Positions 19,101-31,885 are shown, counted from the first letter of the stretch. The stretch: 64,000 nucleotides of DNA from Hormiphora californensis (GCA_020137815.1 CM035351.1:4960001-5024000); one strand, 5' to 3'. Notes: a model not told the origin generated them from the letters alone. Numbers and translations: made by a program.

Positions 19101-19869
19101 ATGATGAGACAGGTTGGGCATCCCCTCCTCCATGATGATCAGAGGGTAAGGGAAGAGATTGGGAGCCGGATGTGGAACGGGGAGGGCTGACAACAAAATT
19201 AGGAACCTTCCTGGTGAAGGAGGGATTTGTGAAACTCTCAACTAAAATATTAACCCAGATTAGGGCGTGATACCAATGAAATATCAACATTTCCCTACTT
19301 ACAATGCGGCTGGTCCCTCCGCCAGTAGATCGGGTGAGCTGTGGGAGGCTGCTGCCAGACCGGACGATTGGGGCGAGAGTCCCAGGTCTTGGCAGCTTTG
19401 GGATCCAGGAACACGGCGGGCATGTCCTGGTGACATGAAACTACTGATCCTCTTGAATAGGCCACCCTTCTTTTTACCACTTGATAGGCACTGTGGGAGG
19501 GTTATTTAGTGTTGTAAAGTAAGGGTAAATTGTTCAAGCACTAACCAGCATTTTAGCAATCAGACGGGAAACAACAAAATGAAACCAGCAGAGATGATCT
19601 GAAATCGGAGAACAGAGTAAGGTTTCCCTCCTAGCTAGCTAGCGGGTACCCTAACTTTCGACATATTTCCTTACCTCGCCGCTCCGTGGTGAGTCAAGTG
19701 TATCGACAGTAAGTACACTCTCTCTACTTTTCTTGAAGACACTCTCCTTACTCTTCTTCAAATCCTTCTTTCTCTTCTTCTCCTCCTCCTCCGATTGCTT
19801 CTTCTTCTTCTTTTCTATCTTCTTCTCCTCTTTCGTCATCTGCTGCTCACCCTCCTTCTTCTTAGTCAT
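16144..19869 (-). CDS. Large coiled-coil protein, CEP89-like; exon 3 region (18650-18990) has unresolved frame problems
   Basis: ~10 GT-AG exons; Lys/Glu-rich start, Pro/Ser-rich linker, then coiled coils incl. LLLEYEENI, VVAENSRL, RRQAQHVLQENRALIKEQ, reminiscent of CEP89. Confidence 0.55.
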
Positions 19870-20429
19870 CGTTCTTTACTTTGTACTAAAACATGGAAAT
19901 ATAATGTTTACTGCGTGAGAGACACAACTGAGAGAGAGAGAAACGGGTGGCAATAAGATTGAATTATGCAAAATGAAATAGCAATGAGATGTACATCACG
20001 GCGTAAAACAAATAGTTAAGATTTGAGGAACCCAGATGAAATTTCAAACTTCAAGAATTTGGACAACAGGGAGAGTTTAACAAGACAAAGTGAGTGTTGC
20101 CCCGCGCTTGTCAAGTACAAGTGCACTCTGCCAAGCAAGCAAAGCTGTTCGCACGCACAGAGATACAGACACACACATATCGTACTACATAGCGAGCTAC
20201 AACAGAGAGGGACTGAGAGAAGGGATGGAAAAGGGGAAGCGTTCTCCTAATCCCTCTCTCACTTTCACTCTCACTTTATTCCCCCTTTCTCTCTCTCTCT
20301 CTCACTTTATCCCCCTTTCTCTCTCGGTGGTGTAGAGATTACCATGGTTACAGAGGGTAATTTCCTCATCAATTGACCCCCATAATAACTACACGCACTG
20401 GGATTTACTATATAATAGGGGGAGAGAGA

Positions 20430-20581
<152 letters not shown>

Positions 20582-20635
20582 AATGTGGAAAACGGAAACA
20601 GGAATATAGATATGGAATTTACAAGGAGTACCTGA

Positions 20636-21620
20636 CTAAAATTGGTCTCCTAAAATTACCTTCTTGAGGATCCAATCCGAATCTCTCTGAGCTCGCTGAG
20701 AGAACTGTTCCAGTCGCTCTACGTCTGTTTCCTCCCTGTGTTGCTCAAAATGCTGGGAAATAATTCATTTCGAGAGAGAGAGTGTGCGTGCTACTAAATA
20801 TACCTACATGTGCAACTCGTAGTATAATGTAGGGTGGTGTGCTTATTTTAGGTTCATGCTAGCTGCATATGCACATGGCTGTGAGAAAATTTGGTCTACA
20901 GGGTGTCCCACTGTCTTTGCGTGACCTACGATTTTGGGTCATGTCCGGGCTCCATTAAACTAACCAAAACTCATCGAATAATTGGTCATACCGATCCATG
21001 GCCCGTGAAAGAGAATCAGGTGATGATATTTTTCTTGCTTTCATTAGGTCCTCCCTGGTGGGAGGTGAGCCCAGCCCCGAGGTACTGCAATACGGGGAGG
21101 ACTCGTGGTCTGGCTGAAGCAAGCTTCACATCCAAGACCGGATTCCAAAAATCAATTTAATATTGAAACAGTACGATGTACTGTGTATCAGATATTAAAC
21201 TGATAAGAACAGATACTACACTTGATCTTAGCCAAAAGGCCGAGAAGCGATAATTCAGCAGAGCAAGCTGGGGTTTCTGAATTATGCGATAGAAACTTTC
21301 CTTGTGTTCTGGTAAAATCAAACTTGGATTAATGAATTATCCCAAGAAAAAGTAGTAAACTTGTCACTTTTATGATTGTGACACAAAATTGATTTCCAAA
21401 ACCGAATTATTTTCCTAATCAATTCCAGGATATCCTGTCAATTAAATGGGGGCCAGGATCAATAACTATTGCTGACATTGAACACTTTTCATATATCAAC
21501 CAAGCGGCGCGCTACCTGACTCACCTCTCGTACGCTGGAGTAGTAATACGGCCTTGCTGCCTCAGGGAGTAGTTCCACACGTCGGATGAGAAACCGATAC
21601 AGGGCACGACCCGATAGCAT
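20636..21620 (-). CDS. LYRM9: LYR-motif protein 9 (small mitochondrial LYRM), absent from ORF track
   Basis: Exon 1 21620-21525 MLSGRALYRFLIRRVELLPEAARPYYYSSVRE|gtgagt; exon 2 20752-20660 HFEQHREETDVERLEQFSQRAQRDSDWILKK; matches the LYRM9 pattern LYR.L.R...LP......Y...VR..F..H..E...ER......RA..D.DWI..K. Last few codons uncertain. Confidence 0.85.
20899..21060. mobile_element. Partial Tc1/mariner-type MITE end abutting the U2 3' end
   Basis: TA|CAGGGTGTCCCA terminus identical to that of the 53583-55144 palindrome; no matching right end seen. Confidence 0.5.
21062..21251 (-). ncRNA. U2: U2 spliceosomal snRNA, full length (~190 nt)
   Basis: ATCGCTTCTCGGCCTTTTGGCTAAGATCAAGTGTAGTATCTGTTCTTATCAGTTTAATATCTGATAC 5' end, branch-point recognition GTAGTA, Sm site GATTTTTGG, stem III, loop IV TATTGCAGTA. 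Confidence 0.97.
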
Positions 21621-21767
21621 TAACAACAGAGTGCTAGAAGAATAGAGAGGGCGTTTTTTGGGGTGTAACTTGGTGATTAGAGAGAAACAAAAGTACCTAG
21701 CAAATCATTCCAAAATCATCAGTTGATCAAATAAACGGAGAGAGGGTCACACTCAAAACACATTATA

Positions 21768-24078
21768 TTACTTTGATTTGTGCTCGTAAACCCTATCAAA
21801 TAGAGGCTTACAAGGGAACACAGCAGTTCAACTTGTTACACAACAAAAATGCCCCGGAAAGTTTTCTATTCAACGCATAGCTCTCCTCGGGCGGTGCTGT
21901 AATACGGTGCTTCGCAAATACCTCCAGTAACCTAGCAACACGTTTATATGCTGCCCTCTCTACAAAATCATATGGTTCATCAACTGCAAACGGTTCTCCT
22001 ACAACCTTTATGGCCTCACAAGTGTGCATCTAACATCAACTCGCTCTCGTACCCAGACAAGAATCCCATCTCCTTACTAGCAGTGATGATTGTCTCCCGG
22101 TCGTTAGTAGCACAAGCCCTTATGACTCTTAGATAAGCTGTCACTAAACTGATCCGACAGGGCTAGAGTTGCACCAAAATCAAGAAGTTGGATCTTCCTT
22201 GTCTCAGTGTTGTAAAAGAAGTTGCTCCAATTGGGATCAGTTTGCATGTACCGGAACTCAAACAGCTCTCGCAAGCACAACTTTAACATTTTCAACCCGA
22301 TCGCATTACGTAGCTCCTGAGGGGCATCAACAAATGCATCTATCGGATGTCCCTCAACACATTCTTGTGTTAGGATATGACCACATGACAGCTCTTTGTA
22401 TACCAAGGGAACATAGAAATCTGGATCACCTTCAAGATACGACCTCATCTGTACCTGACTTTCAGCCTCTCTCACATAATCAGTCTCATATGCCAGTTCC
22501 TTCTTAGCAATGATCAGGGCCTTGTCAATGTGGGCACCCTTCGGCACCAAATCCACCAAACTGAGAACATTGGAGAGATTATCAATATCTGAGTTAATGC
22601 TGGCAGCCACCCCGGGGTACTGCACCTTTACTACCACCTTGGTACCATCTTTTAGAGTTGCGTAGTGGACCTGACCGAGACTGGCAGCAGCAAAGGGGAC
22701 CATCTCGAAACTCCCATACTTCTCCCTCCAGTCGGGACCCAGACCCCCTGACATCTGTCCCTCGAACTGTTTATCAGGCATGTAGTCTGCATTTTCCCGA
22801 ACTCGAGCTAAGATCTTGGCAAACTCTGGGCTGATCAGACTCTCGTCCTGGATGGATACCATCTGGCCAATTTTCAAAGCAGCTCCCCTCATCTCACATA
22901 ACTTAGGCTACAATTCTCTCTACATTTTCATCGGACAAAACAGGATTTCCTCTTGATTTCTCCCCAGTAGGGTCAGCCATCGATCTCTTCACCAGCTCAG
23001 ATACTGTTCCAATACCAACTGAGGCTGCAAGAGCACCAAACCCAAGAGCTCGTTTGATTTTAGTATCTGGTACCGGTTTCCGTTTTGCTCGTCGGTCAAG
23101 ACTGCGTCGCTTGTTTGTTGAGGCCGGTTTGTAATTTGAAATTGAAGCAGATGAACTTGTCGAGGGGCTAAAAGATTCCGCATCAATCGATAAAATATCA
23201 TCACCCTTATTTTTTGAACTATTTTGAGAGGAAAATGGCCGTGAGAGGGGTGAAAAGTGATTGAAGGGACGACGAGAGAGTGTGCTGTATGGACGTCTAG
23301 AGAGGGTGCTAAAAGATCGAGTTGTGGTGAGAGGAGGTGGAGCAGCAGATGGTGGTGTGTCATCTGTATCGCTATCTGACGAAGAACTATCACTATCACT
23401 AGAGCTATCGCTATCACTGTCACTATCACTATCCCCCTCTTTCTTTTCATCTACTTCCCCTTCATCCACTCCACCAGAATAAGTTCCAAGGTTAAGATTA
23501 TCAATAACACCCTGTAAGTCCCCCATTTTCCCAACAATCTCTCCCAAATCAGATAGCTCTCTCAGCTCTGACACAGCCGCCTGCAAGTCCCCACTACGTG
23601 CTGTGTCTCCCACTGCGGCTATACGTCCTAGAATCTCACCCGTACTCCCTTGTATAGCCTCCACCTCGCGCTGCACCCGGGCTATCTCAGAGGTGAGGTC
23701 ACTAAGGGACCTGGTGACGGTGTCCTCAAGTGATTCACCGGTGGATGAAGGTGGTATAACCTCCTCAACCTTCTTCAGAACATCAGAAAGGGAATCAGAG
23801 AGGCGATCACTGGTTGAGGTTACTGTTGATAGTATGTCCTGGTAGCCGCCCAGCACTTTCAGTATTGCAGCGATGTTGAGAGGGATGGGAGGTTCGGCAG
23901 GATCCTCAGGTGGTGGTGGTGTGGAGGATGGATTCCGTGGCTGACTGACACCCAGTCCGTCAATTGAAGAGTTTTCAACCACGTCACCCGCTTGGAATCC
24001 TGTAGAGAAAGAGAGGGTAGAAGTGGAGAGAAAAAGAGAGGGGAGAAAGAGAGAGATAGATCGAGAGAGAGATAGATC

Positions 24079-24132
<54 letters not shown>

Positions 24133-24780
24133 GAGAGAGAAATTTGAGATATTTGTTTACACAGCATGCAGCATACTCTACATCACCCAAACATCTACCT
24201 CGAACTGCCTCAGCTATGTCTCCACCTTGTGATCCTAACTGCTCCAACAGAGATGTCGTATCCTTCACGACCTGCTTGAGTCCCTCACCCAGATCAGGAA
24301 GCTGACCATCCTTAATCTCTTCCAATCTCCCTCTCAGCTCCATTATGGGCATGGGAATGTTGTCAACAAACTGCCGACCTGTCAGGAGAAGGGGAGTCAA
24401 AGAGAGAGAAAGGGGAGTGTGTTACTGATTACAGCTGGGGTATGTAAGAGTTGTTCTGACTAATTCCTCCTCCAGCCCTACTAATTATTGGGAATGATAC
24501 CCTCTTATAATATGCTCAATGCTTACAAAATGATTTATAATGCAGTATTTTGTAACAAACATACATTTATAACTACCAACAGTTGTACATATTATTTCGT
24601 TGTAACAAACATACCCAGTTCTTCAGGTGAAGGTTTTGTTCTCAGAGCCCTCTCCACACCCTCCCTAATGGAAGACTGCACCCAGGCATCACCAGCACTT
24701 CTCTCTCGTTGGGAGTTGAACGCTTTAGCTACCTTCCGTGCACCTCGGAGCACCCCCGCGAGATCGCTTAACCGTGACAT
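21768..24780 (-). CDS. COQ8: Atypical kinase COQ8 (ADCK3/4, UbiB family) with four +1 frame discontinuities in the last exon
   Basis: RGAALKIGQMVSIQD (KxGQ), PFAAASLGQVH, VKVQYPGV, QTDPNWSNF, LLDFGAT, PPEESYALNRKLSG; exons 24780-~24616, ~24380-24198, 24000-21768; extra T at 22905, 22136, 22021, 21813. Confidence 0.9.
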
Positions 24781-25157
24781 CACTGCATAACTGGTGACGA
24801 GGGGGAGGGGATTAGAGATAGGGAGAGAGAGGGGAGAGAGAGATAATCTGTGTAAGATAAGCATGCAAACAAAACACGTGACTTATTTGGAAAGTGGATA
24901 AAAGAGCTACTTTACAGAAACAGGATATAGAAATGTAAAAATCTTACAAAATATATAAATCTTCAAGTTATAAATCTAGTACTATGACTCTATCAAATTG
25001 TTTTAACTCTGTAAACATATAAAACAGTTTTTAGTTCTACAAAAAATAATTTTTCCCCATGCTGTATGTATATTGGTCTGATGGCATGCACAGTGTGTCC
25101 TCAAGTATACAACAGTCAATATCGTATCATGACGTATAATAATGTAGTGTAGGTCTT

Positions 25158-26910
25158 CTAGACTAGCGGTTCTCCTCCCTCTCCAAGCCGGGCATAAGCG
25201 TACTGTCGACTTTGTCGAACAAGCTGCAAAAGATACACAGTTGTTATTTGTTGGCTAGGAAATAGAAAGTCGACTAAAACATTGGCAAAAAGCCAACACA
25301 ATACAATCTTGAAGTTAATGAAAAAAGAACATACCCTTCGACGATTGTTGTACAGAACGTATCCGACAAGCCCCACAAATGCCACACAAAGGAAGATTGT
25401 TAGCATTCTAAAGCTGGATGTTGGTGGCAGGTTCATCGCATCACCCCTGAAAGGAGCAAAATGTTGCATGTTTCGGGAGTGGGTTACATACTAGAACTGT
25501 TTTTTGCCTCGCCCAACCCCCTTTGTGCCCTCTCTATCAACACCCTTTGCACCTATTCGTATGATACGTGTAAGGGTATTGGTGGTGATGGCATCGACGG
25601 GGGGACTGGGGAGTGTACCGCATAATCATTTCTCGCCCCCCTTGTATAACTACAACTGATGTTCGAAGCTGTGTGTAATGTGAATGTGTGTGTGTAACTT
25701 ACTCTTCAACGTATTTGTACTCAGCATCAAAGAACTCAGCCATGTCTTTGTTAGGGTCTGCTCCAGGGATATCAACTTCATTTTCCTGAAAATATGGAGT
25801 ACACAATCTCAATTATTAAAAATCAACTGACAATTGTTTTAAGTCTTTATGGATGTTTATGAATGTTAAATTGTTTAATATCATGGTAAAAATCAAAATT
25901 CCAACTCCTTATTTCTGACAGCATTATACCTGATTGTAGTTGTATTCGCCTCCAAAATACGCTTCATCCGATCTTGGCGTAACGGTCCCAGATTTAAAGT
26001 GTGTTGGTTTCCATGGCGCCTCAGATGTAACAACTCCTTTAGGGGTGGTAGGTTCCTCCTTGGGTAGTGTTTCCTGTTGCTTGGGAGGATCTGTGTCCTC
26101 TTTAGGAGAGGATTCTGTAGTTTTTGGTTGAGCTGGCTCAGTTTCATTTTGGACGGGAGCCTCGGTTCGTTCAGGAGTGACGTTCTGTTTTGATTCTGCT
26201 GGTAGTTCTGTTTCGTTTTCCAGTGTATCGATATACTTCTCAAGTTCATCCTGGTTTTCTGACTGCTCTTCTACGTCGACGTCATCTTCTAGATTCTCCT
26301 GTTGTTCAACCCCCTCTTCTTCATGAACTTCTTCTTTTACTTCAGCCTCCACTTCTTTTAATTCAGCCTCCTCTTCTTTTACTTCAGCCTCCTCTTCTTT
26401 TACTTCAGCCTCCTCTTCTTTTACTTCAACTTCCTCTTCTTTTACTTCAACATCATCTTCCTCTCCTTCATCCTTATCCTCCTCTACTTTGCTCACAACT
26501 TCCTCTTCTTCGTCCTTATCCTCCACATCTCCCTCCGTGACAGCCGTCTCTTTGGTTTGGATATCATCATCAGCAGCAACTTGGGGATCGTCTCCATTCA
26601 AAACTGGTACTTCGTCTCCGGTGTTGTTTTGGGGAGCCTCACTGACCTCGTGAGGGATGGTGTAAGACGTGGGCGTTGGAGAATTTGACTTATTTTCTTC
26701 GTGAGCTGCAGTTGTTGGGGGATGGGGGTCTTCTGTAGGTTCTGAAGATGGCCCCGTGTGATTCATAGGAAAGCCATCGTGTTCTTTGATATTGTGTTTT
26801 TCTTTTAGACTATCCAAGAAATCTGCGTTGAATCCACTATTTCCTTTAGGTGCACCGAACTGAACTGCCGGTGTTACCAAGAGTAGGGAGAGGCATAGTG
26901 CTGTAAGCAT
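25158..26910 (-). CDS. Type I membrane protein, TGN38/TGN46 (TGOLN2)/KCT2-like
   Basis: Signal peptide MLTALCLSLLLV, long acidic/Thr-Pro lumenal region with EVKEEEA repeats, TM ..FLCVAFVGLVGYVLYNNRRR, cytosolic YARL YxxL sorting motif; 4 exons. Confidence 0.65.
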
Positions 26911-27040
26911 AGCCTAGTCACTAAGGGAAGGAATGTTTTACAAGACTTCTAGTAACCCCAAAAATCAGTCTGAAATGAAACAAATAATTAATCACACCGT
27001 AAAAGCCCTCTATTTTCCTCTTCCCAAGACATGTTTATTA

Positions 27041-27116
27041 CAGTCGGACACCGATTCACCGGGATGCTCCGGGGGAAGTTTATTGATTATTCTCCCGGTA
27101 AATTGGGGTCCGACTG
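27041..27116. mobile_element. Tiny Tc1/mariner(pogo)-type MITE, TA TSD
   Basis: TA|CAGTCGGACACCGATT...AATTGGGGTCCGACTG|TA; same family as 52146-52316. Confidence 0.8.
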
Positions 27117-28789
27117 TATCTTTAAATTCACAGGTACTGCTACTGGCGCAATTTTCAATAGTAAACCCCTGGTAGCTAAAGCCTAGAGGATCCTTACAGA
27201 CGTCAGACGCTCTGAAGTACGAGGACAGTTAAATAAAACGAAAAATTAAGCAGACTTTCCAAAATTTCTAAAAATCTAAACCAAAAAGACAAAAAAAAGA
27301 AAAAGACAAAACCAAAAATGCAATGAGCATACTCGGAAATGTTCAGGTCGAGCACATGAAGGTCGAGCACAAGGTCGAGCACAAGGTCCGGTCAATGTCA
27401 GCACTTTTTTTCGCGCTGCGGCTCAACGGCGGTTCAACGACGCGCAGTGGTCACGTGACTGGTCAGACCTTGTGCTCGACCTCGTGCTCGACCTTTCATA
27501 CGACGTGCGCGCCGTGAAATCTCGCGCGAAATTCCCACAGAGTTGAGCTCCGCGTCAGCCGTTTCTCCCATCAAGTCACAGACAAACAGACAAACATTCG
27601 CGCCCTGGCAGACGGCAGCTTGCTGATGAACAAAAACATGACATGCCATTACCAAACAATGTTTGAAACTTTGAACCAGTAGCATCTTCCTTTTTTCGCC
27701 AGTGTAGGGAGTCAAATTATAAACATCTTTTAGTTTTATAAATAAGGTAACAAAATTAAAAATATGATAATGAATAGCATGGTAATCAGGCAATTGATAA
27801 TTATAAATATAACACACAGATCCGCATTTTTCACATAAATTATGGGAACTATCAGTATCAGTTTCTCAGCTATTGAGAGAAAATTGTTGATTAGCCACAT
27901 AATTAACGAGGAAGCTGTGTTTTCTCCTTCCGGCCGGATCTGGACCACTGACCAGCTTTATGAAATGAGTACTAGAGTATTCGACGGGTTTTAATTTTGA
28001 TATCATATTGTAGAACGTAGCGTTGTTCTACAATAAACCCTATTCAGTTCGTATCCCGACCAAAAGGAGAAAACACAACTTTCACAGTTACTTTACACCC
28101 ATGAAATCTACATCCTCTCACCTCGACAGCTCATCACAGCCACAATCACAGCCCGTATGTCTTATGACTCTTCTTATAAGCTTCGAGTATTTTAGAATAT
28201 AGAGTCCATGGCCTTTTTATGGTCTTTGTAGAGTCAAATCTTTATTAATACCAGATCCAATGTCATCGTAAGTCAGAGCAGCCACGTCATTACGCCAATA
28301 ATTGATAAGCCGGCTTCATTAGACACTAGCGATCCCCTTGCACTGTACTGCACTTGCACTTATAGTCCTCTATTTATATATTTTGTAGTCCTCCACATAT
28401 AGTTTTGCACTAGCAGCTCCTTCAGTTACTGAAATGGAAAAAACAATTTACAATTTAAGTTTACAATAACAGTAACACAGTTATAGTGGATAGTCCTAAC
28501 ACAAAACTATGGTACAACCACACCCGTACACTTGCTCCCTTTTCAAAGAAATATCCCCAATAACAAATGAAAATTTCATTTGTTATAGGGGATATTGATA
28601 TTTTTATTTATAAACCCGAATAAGCTAGATAACTCGGACAGTAACAACATTACTATCTTTTCAGTGACAATTAATGTATTGACACAGTTATAAACACACA
28701 CACATACACACGTCACAGTTCTAGTTATGCATGTCACAGCTATGAATGAAGGAAGCCGGTCAGTGCACTGCAGTGGGGAATACTGACGT

Positions 28790-29150
28790 ACGCATTGAAG
28801 TGAGAGTGGACAGAAGCAGAATTGGAGAAGCTTGATTGAGGTAGTAGAGCATATAACTTTCCGAGTATTTTCCATTTTTCCCGCTCTCAAAAGATACAAT
28901 GATACATTCCTCGCTGTGAAATTGCTCTCTATTATACACACGGCGGGGCAGGTTCACTGTTCGGGCATACACGCCCAGTGTCCACAGAACATAGCGAGAT
29001 AGAGTTCCAGCCCCCTGGTAACAAATATAATAGAGCGAGGAATGTATCTTTTCAGAGCGGGAAAAGTGAAAATACTCGGAGAGTTCTGCTCTACTACATA
29101 AATCAAGCTTGTCCAATTCTTTTTCTGTCTACTCTGACTTTAACGAGACT
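28790..29150. repeat. Imperfect foldback (arms ~28790-28935 and 29027-29150)
   Basis: e.g. cccgctctcaaaagatac / gtatcttttcagagcggg, aagcttgatt / aatcaagctt. Confidence 0.75.
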
Positions 29151-29487
29151 TACCAATTTCTATCGCACAGGGTTAATAATATCGTGTACTGGTCCTGGGC
29201 TTTTTGTCAGCTTTGTGCTTGTTATGAGGCGATCCTATATATTATCTGGTCATATTCCAAACAAATAGATATCACTGTCTCGACCCTGCATGAGGAGAGA
29301 ATATATCAGTAGTCAGTACAAAGGATGGGAGCAAGTTTAGGGACATCCAACATCTATTTAGTTTTTTATCGGTTGTTGGGACGTGGAAAGGTAGGGCCTA
29401 ATGAAGAGATTAGATATCAGTACGGAGGTTGGGAGCAGGTTTTAGGAAATCTTACATTTATCTACTGTCATCATCTTTTTAGATATA

Positions 29488-29695
29488 CCTTACTCTCGAT
29501 TTTTAAGAAACGCTTTAGTAAGAAACTTTTTTATAAGAAACTTTTCAAATGTAAATCACACAATTCAGAGACACCACAACAAAATAGAACACCCCCAACT
29601 TGTTTAGTTTCTTGCTTACACTTGAAGTTTCATAGAAAAAAGTTTCTTATTGAAAAGTTTCTTGAAATATGAGAGCTTAATTAACGAGAGTAAGG
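29488..29695. repeat. MITE-like foldback
   Basis: ccttactctcg...aagaaactt / aagtttctt...cgagagtaagg. Confidence 0.65.
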
Positions 29696-29874
29696 TTTTC
29701 TCCGCTGATGTGGGGTACTGGGTAGGGCCTAAATTAGATCGCCTAATTTAGAGATTACAAATCAATTCATGGTGACCCACACATGCTCACCCTTCACACA
29801 GACACCCCACACAAACATCCACTACTACCACACCCCTCCCCCCTCCGCATCCCCCTCCCTTCCCAAACCCAGAA

Positions 29875-30315
29875 TCTCCATCTCTCCATCTCTCCATCTC
29901 TCCATCTCTCCATCTCTCCATCTCTCCATCTCTCCATCTCTCCATCTCTCCATCTCTCCATCTCTCCATCTCTCCATCTCTCCATCTCTCCATCTCTCCA
30001 TCTCTCCATCTCTCCATCTCTCCATCTCTCCATCTCTCCATCTCTCCATCTCTCCATCTCTCCATCTCTCCATCTCTCCATCTCTCCATCTCTCCATCTC
30101 TCCATCTCTCCATCTCTCCATCTCTCCATCTCTCCATCTCTCCATCTCTCCATCTCTCCATCTCTCCATCTCTCCATCTCTCCATCTCTCCATCTCTCCA
30201 TCTCTCCATCTCTCCATCTCTCCATCTCTCCATCTCTCCATCTCTCCATCTCTCCATCTCTCCATCTCTCCATCTCTCCATCTCTCCATCTCTCCATCTC
30301 TCCATCTCTCCATCC
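29875..30315. repeat. Perfect (CCATCTCT)n octamer array, followed by (CTATCTCT)n to ~30410
   Basis: Direct inspection; explains the SISPSLHL / MERWRDGE ORFs. Confidence 0.97.
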
Positions 30316-30954
30316 CTTAATCTCTCAATCTCTCTATCTCTCTATCTCTCTATCTCTCTATCTCTCTATCTCTCTATCTCTCTATCTCTCTATCTCTCTA
30401 TCTCTCTATCTCTTCATATCCATCTCTCCATCTCCATGCAAAACGCACATTCATGACTAGAGATAGATAAACGTAATTGAAGCGAAGAAAAGAAATGGTA
30501 GTTGGGTGGCGCCCTTGTTGGGACAGCTCTGCTTCCCAGCTGTTCGACACAGGGAGGACTCATGAAGAAAAGAAAGCCAATTAGACATAAATGGGTGATT
30601 CAAAGATGACGTCCACTGTCCAGGAGTAGGGGAGGGGCCAGGGGGAGGTAGCCGGCGGACCTTACCTGGAGTTATGAGTAAAGTCAAAGATATCATTTTA
30701 GTGAATATCCTCAAGCTCCTCCATCATGATAGTAAACACCTCCAACTGCTTCTGGGATTGTAGTTTTACTAATTTATCCTGTTTTTTCATTTTTACAAAC
30801 ATCCTAAATGGAAAGGGTGGCTTTCACATCGGTAAGCGGTAAATGTTAGGCCCGAACTTGGTATAGGGCGTTCTGGTACATTTAATATGGTAAACCTCAA
30901 CCCAACCCAATCGACAACCGGCCTAACAGAGGTCAGGGACATACAAAAGATAGA

Positions 30955-31044
<90 letters not shown>

Positions 31045-31542
31045 CAGAAGAGACAGAGAGAGGTCATTGGTCAAGCACGAGATCAAGCACGAGGTCGAGC
31101 ACGAGGTCAAGCACGAGGTCTAGCACAAGGTCGGCACAAGGTCTGAACACGGTCTGAGATGAAACAAACAGATTCAAGACTTTATAATTTATTTTTCAAA
31201 TTCGCGCGGCTCATCAATGTGACTTACCTGATTTTGATTTGCGCGTGACTGTGCACTACCTGTGTTCTCGACCTGTGCACTACCTGAACATTTCCGAGTA
31301 TGCTCATGTCATGTCAAGTAAAGAAAGTCATCAACAATTTAATGTAACGCGCGAATGTTTGCTTTCAAAGCGATGCGTTTTGAGCCGCGCACAATATCAC
31401 GCAAGATCAGATCAGATAAGACGAGTTTGAAATTTTTGGAAACTTTTTGAAAAGTTTTCCAACTTTTTTTCCAACTCTTTTTAGATTTTTAGCTTGAACT
31501 TCGGACCTTCTCGGACGCACAGGGACACGCTGGGCCTGGAAC

Positions 31543-31834
31543 CTGTGAAGATGACATCTCCTTCAGGCTGGGTCGAGGAGGAGTGAGGACAAAGGAAAAA
31601 TACGGTGATTTATTGGTCAGAACAGTTTCGATGTAAAAACGTAAGCCTCAATAAATAGTTTCACGTTGTAGTAAGTAGTTGATGACAGTTTGAAATTCAG
31701 ACTCATCTACAACGTAAATCTATCTATTGAGGCTGATGAAGATGTTGTTTCATCGAAACTATTCTGACTAATAAATCACCGTACTTTTCCTTTGTCTATC
31801 TCGACCCTGCCTGAAGGAAATATCATCTCTACAG
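31543..31834. mobile_element. MITE-like foldback just upstream of villin
   Basis: cttcaggctgggtcgag..gacaaaggaaaa.tacggtgatttatt / aataaatcaccgtacttttcctttgtc..ctcgaccctgcctgaag. Confidence 0.7.
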
Positions 31835-31885
31835 ATTATTATTTTGATCTTTTAACTCTTTTTTACAGTACTCAGTAGCATTACC

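Larger units (their letters stand above)
27323..31307. mobile_element. ~4-kb non-autonomous TIR element with subterminal (AGGTCGAGCACA)-type repeats
   Basis: 26-bp perfect TIR ATGAGCATACTCGGAAATGTTCAGGT / ACCTGAACATTTCCGAGTATGCTCAT; 12-bp motif arrays at 27345-27495 and 31070-31285; no transposase ORF; TSD unclear. Confidence 0.8.

Noticed and set aside
31730-31775. Hammerhead-like core CTGATGA..GATG..CATC-GAAAC in the foldback upstream of villin
   Set aside because: Stem III/cleavage triplet and stem I do not close convincingly; at most a decayed retroelement remnant.
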